NCBI RefSeq assembly: GCF_001194135.2
Contig: NC_068983.1
Coordinates: 92,800,841-92,860,172, forward strand
Length of the DNA stretch: 59,332 nt
Direction: 5' to 3'
Source of the DNA: Octopus bimaculoides
Taxonomy: Eukaryota
Below, one piece after another: positions 39,431 to 52,380 of this stretch (positions within the stretch are counted from its first letter, which is position 1; each line of letters opens with the position of its first letter). Both the position numbers and the translations under genes were made by a program. Below the pieces are notes generated by a model that did not search any database, was not told the DNA's origin, and saw nothing but the letters and a program-made list of their open reading frames with translations.

Positions 39431-39450
<20 letters not shown>
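37270..39450 (-). mobile_element. Head-to-tail array of about seven family-C SINE copies with (AAT)n spacers, plus an unrelated ~500-bp interspersed repeat at ~37815-38330
   Basis: Recurrent block cctttctacta(t/a)aggcacaaggcctgaaatttt...gattacatcgacccc...ggaatttgaactcag...ttctgccagct every ~220 bp. Confidence 0.85.
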
Positions 39451-39464
<14 letters not shown>

Positions 39465-40465
39465 TGTCCACTTTCCCATGCATGCATGGGTTAGATGAAA
39501 TTTGTTGAGGCAGATTCTTCTACAGCTGGAAGCCCATCCCTTTGCCAAATTTCAGCTGTTGTTTTCAAGTTAGTTAATGATTACAGTAAAAATTTTTCCC
39601 CTCAACAATGGGCAGCTCAATAACAAAACACACTTTTATGGAAGACTGCAAAGAAATGACACTGTTTGTATGATGATGACTATCATTTACAATTAGTCTA
39701 TACACGTCAAGACAACAGGGAAGTCATGAACAAACACATGCTCACTCACACACATATAACAGGCTTCTTACAGTTTCCATTTACCAAATTTCACCTGTAT
39801 GGTATTGGTTAATACACAGATATTGTTGAAGACACCAAATAGTGCCCACATAGTGGAAGTAAACTCCTAAACTATTTGGTTCCAAAACAAGATTTTTAAC
39901 TACATGATCTAAAAAAAAAAAAAAAAGAAAGGAGAAAAGAAAGTCTTAGGCAAAAACAGGAAAAAATAGACATATTCTTTCCATGTTAATTTCATGGCTG
40001 AGAACATAGGAACAAACTAAAGGCAACAAGGAGACAAGATACCATAAAGCATTTAAGAAGACATTGGAATTATCAAGATATTGCACTCAACCACCAGCAC
40101 CTTAATTTCAATATCTCCACTACACTATCACCACCACAACCAATACCACCAACACCAACAGCTACATCATCAGGAACACTATGAGTTTTGCAGCCACAAC
40201 TCTCTATGTGGTCAGTCGACCAGTCAGAAACAACAGTAAAATCTTTCTAAAATTAAACACTACAATCTTAAGAAGGAACATTCCGGATAATATGGTCTTA
40301 GATTTCTCACACATAGGAGAAAGATGAGATGGTTAGAGCTGGAATGCGTTTGATCATAGGTTTGCTTAATCAATGTTCACCAAGGGCTAAACATTAATAA
40401 CTTGAATGTCACTTTGTAACTGAGATAATGAGGGAGTAATGTTGTATGCTATGTGTATGTACTGA

Positions 40466-40506
<41 letters not shown>

Positions 40507-42601
40507 TGCATGTGTCATTGTAATCACCATCATTTAACATCCATTTTGCATATTGGCATGTGTGTGTGTGTGTATATATTGAATTGTATATGTGTATGCT
40601 GAATGAGGATGTGTGTGTGTGTGGGTGCTAAATGTGTTTGCTGTATGCGTGTGCATTGTGAAGGGGTGTGTATGCACATGTGTGTTTGTGTCAACAGGCA
40701 GTAATTGTGTTTATGTGTACACACACGCATTATAAAATGATCAAATAGAGGTAGGATGATTGAAGTGAGTTCAAATCTGTTATATTCCTGTGAAGAACAT
40801 TGTACAACATCCATAACCTCAGTTCAATTAAGTATCATGAATAAGTAACAAATCAACTTAAATTCAGTTTAAGATTACAAATCAGATCACCTAGACATCA
40901 GTAATTGTACTGAACTAATCTGGTTTAGTCTCAAACAACAGATTACCAATTAGTCTATATGTCAGTTAAAAACAAAGTACCAGATGACTGGTTTAGACTC
41001 AGATTCAAGACCACCAACTGTCTTGCTCTGCAATCTTGACAATGGATCTAGACAGTGGAATATTCAGCCACTTCTTCATATACTTTGCCTACAGGCAGTG
41101 ATCATGGAACTTGACTGTCACCTGTTCTTAGCATGTTATTGGGTTGGTATTTCTATAAGTTGGTTAGGCTTATTGAGTCCTGTATGCTTAAGCCATGCCC
41201 TAATGGTCATATTGTGAGAATCTTCTATGCATGGCCAAGCACACAATGGATTATTTAATGCCATTGAAACAGGAATTAGTGGCAACCCGGTACACATTTC
41301 AAGCAGAATATCTTACAAGTTAAGAGGAGGGTAATATGGTGCTATATATGTCATCTTTAAGACTAAGTATGACGTGAAAATGCAAGGCAAAATAATGTGC
41401 AATACACTTACTCATATCTGTTGGTCCCACAGCATTTGGCAAAATAATGTGCAATACACTTACTCATTTCTACTGGTTCCACAGCATTTGGAAAGTTGGA
41501 GCACAAGGGACAGTGTCAGGAACAGCAATAATGACCACCTTGGCTAACAGTCATCTTTGTAGCAGAATAAAGGTAGGTGGTCAGTGCTGATATATCATTT
41601 GATGATATTGGTTGGGTGGGATCACCATGGATATACATGACCTCATGACCCTGCAAATTCACAAAACAATACCAGAACTGCATCCTGTAGAGGGTGCTGA
41701 TTAGAGGACCTTAAAGTTCAGCATCCAAAGTATACAGCCTGGCTGTTAGTTGGTTACACATCTGGTACCAAAGTTCAATTAAAAGCTTTCTGCAGAGAAA
41801 ATCTCAAAGAACAAACACAACCAACAAATCATGGAAGTTGTCATTCCTGGAGTGACACCAGGCACAACTTGCAAGTTGATATTACCAGGAGTGAGCCATG
41901 AGACCTCAGCCACAAACAACAAAGAAAAGGAGAGTGAACCACTGTAAGAACAAACCTGAAGCTATCAGGAAGTACCACTTCATTGCAGCACCAGCCATTC
42001 ATTTATGAAGATGAGAACCAAACAGAGGCTGATGGGGTGAGGGGAAACAAACATTAAAAATAAAACAAAGCAAAACAAACAAGAATTGAAAAAGAGCCAA
42101 TGAATGTCCTCACCCAAGCTAAAAACAATGTGAAGTGGAGAACAACCCCATGGAAAAGAAACTCTTTGCTGAGGAAGAACAAACTCTCATGAAGGAGAAC
42201 CAAAGACCTCTGAGCAGGATGGAACTAGTTTATTTTACCTGAATGAAATGAATTCACAATCATTTGCACAAATAACAAAGTTCTAATAAAACATTTATAC
42301 CATCTATAGAAGGATATTGAGAAAGAAATGACATCATATTTAAAGCAGCAGGAAAATGCTGTTTTAAAAAAAATAGTTCAAATTTGACAGACATCATGAA
42401 GTATTTTATTTCAATGATCCAGAAGACATGTCCTCTCATTTGCCTATAACACAAAAACTCATCACAGAAGATTTTGGAATCACCAGTCTCCAATAATATG
42501 ATGAAGCAGGTATTGTTAGGGAAGTGGGGTACCCTAGTTAATGTAGGTGGAGGTTTAAATTTTATATAAAGATCTTGTTTTAATTATTGTTTTATCATGC
42601 T

Positions 42602-42632
<31 letters not shown>

Positions 42633-45600
42633 TGTCAATTTTTGTGTTTTATAAATTTTTGATTCATCCAATAATATATAACATCTTTCAGTTGCCCCTT
42701 TGTCTTTATATAACTTCTCCATCTCACCTTAGGTGTCTTTGTGAGCCTTTAATATTACTTCATATTTTTCTCTAGCTCTCCGAGCATTTGTGGCTAATAA
42801 AGAAAATATTACTATCATTATTACTACATACATGTGTGTGTGTGTGTGTGTGTGTGTATTAAGATCACAAGAATTTTATAAGGTTATGAGAGAACATGAA
42901 CTAATTCTCTTTTGGAACATTGACTTTTGAGCTACATCACATAAAATTTTAAATAATAACATAAATATTAGGCTGACCCTTTGAGATAGTAAAAGCTGAA
43001 GGCTGCAAAGTTAACTTTGCAACTATGTGGATTCCATCTGAATATGTGGCACCCTGGGCAAGTGTTTGCAACTAGATTACTGAAATGACTAACGTCTTGT
43101 GGGTGAAACTTGGTAGAGGGAAACTGTATGGAGGTGTGTGTGTGTGTGTATGTAAATATGTGATTGTTTCTGAGTCTTCATACTGGTACCATGTGAGTAA
43201 CAGTGGTATTATTAACATCACTTGTGAAAAAATATGTCCTGTAGCTCAAAAGTTTCATGAGGTACAATGTGTAAATACCAGGGAAATAAAAAAAAATACC
43301 TTACAAGATAAATGAAGTTTTGCAACAGGAAAGGTATCTGACTGTCTCAATAAAATTTGTCAAGCTGATACCAGTATAGTAAAAGCTAATGTAAAAATGA
43401 AATGATGACACACCCCCACACACACAAACAATTACTTTTTATTCTCTGCTAACAAACCTTTCATCCAACATGTAGACAACTCTATTATTGCAGTCCTTTA
43501 AATTTGCAGACTAGCACTTTTGCAGCATACTTATACTTTTTTACTCCTGCCTCCTTATCGTCAACTATACAAAGAGAAAATAAATTCAAATACAATCAAG
43601 ACATTTTCTGAAACTGTGCTCTGGAAACAACTTCGTTGTGTAAAATAAACGTATTTCATTCAAATTTGCTATTCGTTCTCAGAAGGAATGATATGATAAA
43701 TCAGTGAATGTCAGAGTGTACAGTACAGTCCTCAATTAAGTGGAAGCATGATATATTTGGAGTAAGGGACCCCTGGATCATATCTAGTTGCTTGATGAAC
43801 TACCTCTAGCCTAGTCTAAATTAAAACAGTTCCACACAAAATCAACTATTTCTCAATCATACAATTAAGATTAAAATACTGTAAACCAATGATGTACATC
43901 ATACAGCACACAAATGATATAACAACCAGCGCAACTTAGAAAAATTCAGCTGTACCAATGTCTCAAGTCCAACATCTGCTGCACCTGTCTTATTTAATTT
44001 CCAAACATCTTGTTCACAAAACAAACACAAAAAAAGTCTTCAAAGAAATATAAATCTTTTCTAGTTCATGATATACTGTACGTACTCTCTGCTCATATAC
44101 AGAGTGAAACTGAAACCACTTAGAAATATCTTTTATCTTTTACTTGTTTCAGCCATTAGACTGCAGCCATGCAGAGGTACCGTCCTAAAGAATCTTTTTA
44201 GTTGAATGAATCGACCTCAGGACTTTTTTTTTAAAAGCCTGGTTCTTATTCTGTTGTTCTCTTTTGCTGGACTGCTAAGTTATGGGGGATGTAGACACAC
44301 CAGTACTGGTTGTCAAGTGGTGGTGAGGGACAAACACAAACACACACATATATATATATATGACAAGTTTCTATTAGTTTCTATCTACCAAATCCACTCA
44401 CAAAGCCTTGGTTGGCCGAAGGCTATAAGTAGAAAACACTTGCCCAAGGTGCTATCCAGTGGGACTGAACCTGAAACCATGTGGTTTGGAAGCAATTTTA
44501 CCACAAAGCCATACCTAACTAATGACCTGCCTTTTTTAAGTGCATAGTGTTTGCTTACTCAAGAATATTTGTTATTACACGTGGACACTATTCTAAAATC
44601 ACTGTCTCTTCAACTAATAATGCTTTCAAAATTTGACACAAGGGCAGTAATCTTAAGGGAAGGGGGCAAGTTGATTACACTGACCTCAGTACTTCACTGG
44701 TACTTTATTTTATTGACTCCAAAAAGATGAAAAGCAAAGTTGATCCTGGTGTGAATTGAGCTCAGCATGTAAGGACTTGGAAGAAATGCCACAAAGCATT
44801 TTGTCCAAGGTGCTAATGATTCTGTCACCTTGTCACTTGTCTTACTAATAATACATTGATATGCACTATATAGTTACAAATATGACTGTGATTAAAGGTT
44901 CACTTTGTGACTCTGTAGCTTCAGGTTCAATCCAACTGCATGGCACTTTGGACAAGCATCTTCAGCTGTAACCTTGAGTTGCTTAACATTTTATGAGTAA
45001 GATTTGGCAAATAGAAATTAGAAAATAGAAGCCTAGTGTGTGTGGTGCATGTGGGTGTGCTTGTGTGTATATTTTGTGCTTGTATGTGTGTTTATCAGAA
45101 CCTGGGCAACAATGATGTGTTTATGTTCCCCTAAAACAAAAAGTGCAGCAGTTTGACAGTTTGATGTTGTGAAGACATGTGACCTTACTTGGAAATAGGT
45201 AAGGTTTGGCATCAGAAGTTTTGTTCAACCAATGCTAGATTGGGAAAAGTTAATGTAAAAATGATGATGATGATGCACCAGCAAATATCTGTAGCAACAA
45301 TTACATTCCAGCTTAATAAATGATGACAATTGAAGCAGTTCCTCAATAATAAATTCTTCTAATCTGTTTTGCTGTTATTAACAGCTCCCTGGATATGTAC
45401 AGACTAGACAATGAATTGAATGCAACAAGTTCTAAAAATGCTTACTGAACTATAAACTTCCATGCTAATTTGAAATTTTGGTAGTATTTAAAAATATTCA
45501 GGGAAAGGTCAACCTTTTAGCATTTAAACCAACCATAACTGGTGCATATAGTCTACCAGTTTTATGTTCAAACTGACCAGATCCAGCCTCTCACACCACC

Positions 45601-46659
45601 CAACAAAGTCATTCTAAAAATAAACAATCACATCATCAAAATCTCAAGGCATTGAGATGATGCATGATTAATTCAGAACATGACTAAGCATTACACATGA
45701 CTGAATAATCTGAATGCTAAAGGGTTAAATATTAATTATTTGTAGAAATAGGTTAACATTCTCACTTTCTCTCAATAGTCATCAAGTCATTAAGCATAGG
45801 AGCACTGTTAGTCAATGGTTTTTGAAGATGACTAGCAGTTGCCCATGCTTGTAAGTATCATCTCTCTACACCAGTGGTGTTTATCTGAGGAAAAGGCTAC
45901 TGACTTGGACTGGTACAGTTGCTATCTGTGTCATTGCAGATGTTGCTGTCACAATGCAAAGAGCTAGAACAGATACTGCAAAACATCACTCCAATGGCCA
46001 GATATGTCTTAGAAATTTTTATTTACAACTCCTACTACATGCACTCACCACCATTAGCTCAAACTACTTTTTTTAAAAATCCAAAACACATTCTTTTTTA
46101 CATCTCGTCTAAAGGTTGTTGAGTATTTCTAAGTAATTAAAGTAGAATCAAAATATCAAGTTGAAGAGAGAATCTCTGCTTCACAGAGCAGAAGCCTTGA
46201 AACTAGATAACATTTAAAACAAGAGATTATGATCAGAAAATGTTTTAATGTTTTATTTAATATGTAGGTTTACAAAAAAATAATTTTGTGCATGATTTCT
46301 ATCAGTAAGTTGGGAAGAATACACAGATATTTCCATTGATATTCCTAAAATGGTTAAGAAAATTACATTCTCAACAAATTACAATCTAATTTCGTTTTGG
46401 CAATTTTAAACGTTTCACCAATTAAACCACAATGACACCTTCCATCTATCATTTATCCAGACAAAAGTTTATCATCATAACATTCTATACTAAATCAATT
46501 TTGAAAGCTATTTTCTTATTTCTGACAGATTATAAATGTTTTGAAAATTGACAGACTATAAATGCTTCAAAAACAAAACAGAAACTAATAATGAAATAGT
46601 AATAATAATAATTAATTCTTGTTTTAATAATAATAATTGGAAGTAAGGTGTCAGGTACT

Positions 46660-47040
46660 CTCCACTAAGATATGGATTGTCTGACAGAAAGGAGAGTACT
46701 GATGTAAAGACAAAGAACTAGGCAAAGGAAAGCCAAGCGAAGAAAGCCTGAAGACAAGTGATTGATATACATATTAAAAGGAAGGGGTGAGAGAAGGATA
46801 GTTGAAGAAGTAAAATTGAGGGAGTTAATTATCAACAGCTTAAGGAACATAAAGACATGTGGTCAAACAGACTCATCTGATTTATACAAGCATGGAAAGT
46901 GGAAAGTGAAATGTTGCTTGCAGTAGTTATATTAAAATGATGATGATTTAAGATAAAAGCTCTATGTATAGCATTAATCTTAACAGAGAGGTAAGCTACT
47001 CTTAGTGTAATGAAAGACTGAAGGAGAATCACCAAGGCTG
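46660..47040 (-). mobile_element. Highly decayed LINE reverse-transcriptase relic
   Basis: TILLSPLPFNMYINHL resembles the QGSxLSPLLFNxYINDL RT motif. Confidence 0.45.
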
Positions 47041-47637
47041 TTGTCTGCAGCTGTGTAACATGATGAATGAATCAATATAGAATGAATAGCAACCACATTT
47101 ACTAATAAGCAAACTGGAAAATTAATAAAACCGATATAAAAGACATTAGAGAATGAAAGAGTCCTTGGAAAATTAGCTTTTGTGAAAATTCAGTGATTAT
47201 GAAGCACGTAAGATTTAGGAACCATTCTTCATGATCGATGAGAAAATTCTGAGAGAGAAACAAATGTGAAAAGCTGTAATAACTTCAGGCTTAGACATGA
47301 GATTCTGACGCTTTATAGTTACTATCTACATAAACATTAAATTATGACAAGCTAATGAGAGAGTCTCTACATGCTTGACATACTAGAAATATCAGTCAAA
47401 TCTCGCTCAAATCACATCTTACTACCTTAGAAAAGAAGGACACATTTGGTAATATAGTCCCAGATATACTACATCTGAAAAGGCAACTTGATCATAGATG
47501 GCAAGTAGATGAAGTTAAAAAAAACAAAAATCAAAAGTATACTGTATCTTTCAGATAAGAATTGCATGTTCAAGTCCTGTAGTTCAGGGAAGTATACAGT
47601 AAGATAAAGACTGAATGATCACAGAAGATAGAAAACT

Positions 47638-47677
<40 letters not shown>

Positions 47678-49391
47678 NNNNNNNNNNNNNNNNNNNNNNN
47701 NNNNNNNNNNNNNNNNNNNNNNNNNNNNNNNNNNNNNNNNNNNNNNNNNNNNNNNNNNNNNNNNNNNNNNNNNNNNNNNNNNNNNNNNNNNNNNNNNNNN
47801 NNNNNNNNNNNNNNNNNNNNNNNNNNNNNNNNNNNNNNNNNNNNNNNNNNNNNNNNNNNNNNNNNNNNNNNNNNNNNNNNNNNNNNNNNNNNNNNNNNNN
47901 NNNNNNNNNNNNNNNNNNNNNNNNNNNNNNNNNNNNNNNNNNNNNNNNNNNNNNNNNNNNNNNNNNNNNNNNNNNNNNNNNNNNNNNNNNNNNNNNNNNN
48001 NNNNNNNNNNNNNNNNNNNNNNNNNNNNNNNNNNNNNNNNNNNNNNNNNNNNNNNNNNNNNNNNNNNNNNNNNNNNNNNNNNNNNNNNNNNNNNNNNNNN
48101 NNNNNNNNNNNNNNNNNNNNNNNNNNNNNNNNNNNNNNNNNNNNNNNNNNNNNNNNNNNNNNNNNNNNNNNNNNNNNNNNNNNNNNNNNNNNNNNNNNNN
48201 NNNNNNNNNNNNNNNNNNNNATATATATATATATATATATATACAGTGAGTGACGACCCTGCCTGACACGAGTCCCAGGCTCAGCTGGCTCTGGCTGACA
48301 GTACTCAGTATGGGCCCCTGTCCAGGGTTGCAGAAAGGAGACAACCTTCAAAGAAATCCAGAGTGGAGCCCCATAGGCAGCTTAGTGTTCGACTCAACAC
48401 TCTTCCAGCAGCGCCTGCAACCAAGCTGGCGCCAAACGTAATGCTCTGCACTCCTTTGGACTACGTCACCAAAATTGAGACAGGAATCCTGACGATTGGG
48501 CTACCCAGGATTTTCTTACATCTAGCCCAGGCCTGTGCAAAACTGGAGAGGACATGAAATGTAAAAACCAGACTGGATTAGTTTATGTGCAACTCCATTG
48601 TCTCCCAAGACAAAAGGATGCCAACAACAATATATATACATACACACACACATGGCATGGTTTCTATGGCTGGATGTCCTTCCTAGATCAACCATTTTAC
48701 AGTATGTAATAGGTACTGCACATACACACACACTGTAAATAGTTCCTTTGTTGGCTTTGATCAGCAAAGCTTAGGTTATAATTCTACTACAATAGAATTA
48801 ATCATCACTATCAAAAAAAACAAAAAAACATCAAGACCCCTAAGATGATGAACACTACCTAGTGGTAGATTAGAAATTATAACTCATTAGCACTTGGCTT
48901 TCCTTCTCTATGTTACTTCTATCAGTCATGAAAATAATCTGATAAAAGCTATCACCTTCCTAAATAAGACAAAGAAGTGGTGAGGTTAATCAGGAAAACT
49001 CACTTCATTCAACACCTTTTCTTTCTTACATTAACAAACCTGGAAACTCCCTTCCTGCAACCCAATTTTTTTTCACAATAACAACAGTTCTTTATAACTC
49101 AATTTCATTTGCAAAATAGTCTACACAGTTATTCCATATGTCACATTCAAAATATGTGATATTCTCCCCTATTTCTTTAGTGTATATATTTCATATACTA
49201 AGACATTTTAGAGTGCTTTACACTGAGTATACACATCTTTCACAGATAATTATGATTTTAGCAAACAAATGGGAAAACAACAAAACCAAAAATTTTGACA
49301 AGCTCTCTAACAATTTTTTTTTGTTTTAAAACATTATTGTGTAAAGGTAATAATACCTGGTTGTTGTTGCAGAGTTAGTGATATTTCAATC

Positions 49392-49422
<31 letters not shown>

Positions 49423-49423
<1 letters not shown>

Positions 49424-50234
49424 CTAGCTGACGTAACCGGTAATTCTTGGGAAAGCGGGGCCTATCCCTTGGTTCCATTCTCATAATTGTTTTGCTAATC
49501 CAATAACAACAATACAAAGTAAGTAGCCCTTAAAATGGTTTTTGTACATTTACAGAGAATACCAAACTGTTTTACACAGGATTTTGTTTTTAGGAATTCC
49601 GAAGTTGTGAAGTCAGTTATGTTATAACATGAAATTAGTTACCCGATAGTAAGAATTCAAATAAAGTAACTCTGAAAAGGCTTTAATGCATTCACAGAGT
49701 ATATAGAACTTAGGAGGAAATACTAATAAGGTATGTATACTAAAATTGTGAAGCATGTTATGTAATAATAGGCTACTCAGATATGAGATAATAACAATTC
49801 AAAGGGCTTTTGTGCGTTCCCAGAGAATATTACCATCAGTGGTGCTAGTGTTGGTATATTCGTGAATACGTCACTAACCAAAATAAGGTGATCTATTGTT
49901 TAGGAAAATACTATTTACTTGCTTAAGGGTAGTACTGGATAAATTGCGAAAATAACTCCAACAGTTCAAATACTAAGAAATAAGCTTAAGTTGATTTATA
50001 CCAAATGATTTAGGAAAATGAATGGGTTATTTCCCTAGGCTGTGAAAATGAAATATATTAGATAATATAAGGATCCCTTTCTGGGGCCCTACTATTGATT
50101 TTTTTCAACAGTCTGAGTATGCCATGAGGTTTCTACTGATGTGTCAAGTTTCATCAAAATTGATAAGACGATGTAGGAGGAGTTAGCTAACAACTCCACG
50201 AACACCCCCACAGACAGAATTTCCCACATATGTA

Positions 50235-50236
<2 letters not shown>
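49423..50236 (+). mobile_element. Non-autonomous Helitron/Helentron-like element within (TA)n
   Basis: Starts actagctgacgtaaccgg and ends gtcaagtttcatcaaaattg...acagacagaatttcccacatatgtagt. Flanked by (TA)n on both sides, with an internal ~140-bp imperfect duplication. Confidence 0.55.
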
Positions 50237-50289
<53 letters not shown>

Positions 50290-51241
50290 TACTCAGGCAT
50301 AGTGAAACTAATAACCTGGTATTAGAACTCAATATACATATGATTCAGAATAAAGCATTAGTTGTGTACAGTGCACAGTATGAAATTTGATGAAATGACA
50401 AGGAATAATGTAGCAAGCTTCATAAGTTTACAACTGTTTTTGCTATAAGATGTAGTGCACTCAGAGCTGAGTGCTTGTGCATTGCCTTATAAACTACCTC
50501 AGAGTTTCTAGTGTGTGGATGTGTGTGTGTTTCAGTTGTCAGGTAATGATCTGGAGAAGAAATACTCAAGACAACCGTAGAGTGCAGTAGTTTTTTGGTG
50601 GGTTGGTCTAGTGACTTGTTACTCTGAAGTCTATTCAACTCCATGCAATTGCTTTCTCAAGCAAGTCAGACTGGTCCCCAGATGACTTGACTAAAGAAGT
50701 TGCTACGTACAGTGAAAACAGTAAACTTAACAGGCCACTGGACTAGCCCACACAAACTATTTATACATAGACATAAACACACACACACACAGTCATACAT
50801 ACATACATACAAAATACATATACATGTCCCATTAAATATACAGCTATGCCCAACTTATATCATTTTTATTTTAGATTTTTCACATATATATAATTAATAT
50901 AAACAGCTAAGCTCAATGTGATACAATATAGAAAAAAATTAATGGTTACTAAATGTGATTGAGTATGCCAAGATACCTACATTACTAGAAATAAGAGTTA
51001 AAATACTCTAAATGCTGTAGGAAGCACGCAAATGTATACACACATACTGACAGGGATTGTAATTGCCCCATCACCAACTTAAAAATCACTCAGACTAAAT
51101 GTTTAATTTCACCTATTTCTGTAGACTTCATCAGTGAGGACTACTCACTGGCAGATGTTGGGCAATTCTGTGTCAGCATATTACATGTATTTACCATAGA
51201 AATCTGTGGATGATTTAATGGAGTGCTAATGCATATACAAA

Positions 51242-51280
<39 letters not shown>

Positions 51281-51849
51281 CAGTTGGTTTGGAACAAAAA
51301 GAGTTCATAAATTCATATTTGCCATTTTGCAACCTTCAGTTTCATTTTTAAGAATTGACTATATTTTGTGTCTGTTGTTTCTTATAAACTGGTAGAATTT
51401 GTGTACACTTCCTTTCCAAAGAATTTTTTTAACTGTTAGCTTCATGCATCAACAGTCATGTTTTCATTAGTCATGGTGAAATTCTAACTGCATGTAAATT
51501 TTTTGATGTGCATTTCAATGTTAGTTTTGGGATTGTATAGTGATATGAATAGGATTTCCATGATAAATTGAATTTTGTATATAATTTTATAAAGTATGTA
51601 AGTATTTTTCTGTAGTATTTTCCTATCTGATTTTGTTTGGTAATATTGTGCAGTAGAACACACACATATGACATGGTTTCTATGGCTGGATGCCTTCCTA
51701 AGGCTAACTATCTTACAGCATGTAATAGGTGTTACTTTCATGCCACTGGTACACACACACTGTAAATGGTTCCTTTGTTGGTCTTGATGAATATTGTAGT
51801 TGGCTAAGTATTCTGAATATGCTTGTATACTTAACATAATAATCCTCTG

Positions 51850-52380
51850 TCACAATGGGCAAAGCACAGTATCATAATGTGCAGCAGTTCAAATAGCTGG
51901 AAGATCAGGTGGAAGAGAAATCTGTGCAAGAATTACACAGACAATAACAACACAAACCAAACTGAAGTCAAAATAGAAAGATAGAACCAGTACCATAAAA
52001 AGCAAGATCAGGCTTCTGCATACACTATCACTGCAGGAGACAGGAAAAGATATAGGTACTAGAAATGAGTTGCTACTGCATCATCTTCAAGATTTCCTAC
52101 TTTGACTATATCACAAATAACAAGGGCCACAAAACCTTCTAGCATTACAATGATCTGCATGAAGACCATCTAACTGGGAAAAAAGCATAAGCTGAGATGG
52201 AATGGAAAAATTCAGTGGCCTTGCAAAGACTTTTCTTTAAGGAAATGTAGAGATGGAAAGAAAAAGAAGTCAACAGAGGGAAAAATTGATGGATAATGTT
52301 GAAGAGTAGACAGGGAAGTCATTAGCAGAGGCCTAAGCTTTGGCAAGCAGCTGCAATAGAAGGCAAAGACTGGTTTATAA
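51850..52380 (+). mobile_element. Second RTE-family (BovB-like) LINE 3' relic
   Basis: KLRW...AKTFL*GNVE...LMDNVEE*TGKSLAEA*ALA resembles the RTE C-terminus. Confidence 0.55.

Noticed and set aside
37270-39450. Regular repeat spacing suggestive of a CRISPR-like array
   Set aside because: Units are ~220-bp diverged SINEs in a eukaryotic intron; no short repeats with unique spacers and no cas genes.
43490-43564. Possible Nrx-IV LamG4 exon (acceptor at 43565, VDDKEAGVKKY)
   Set aside because: The frame closes within ~26 codons, the donor is ambiguous and similarity is too weak.
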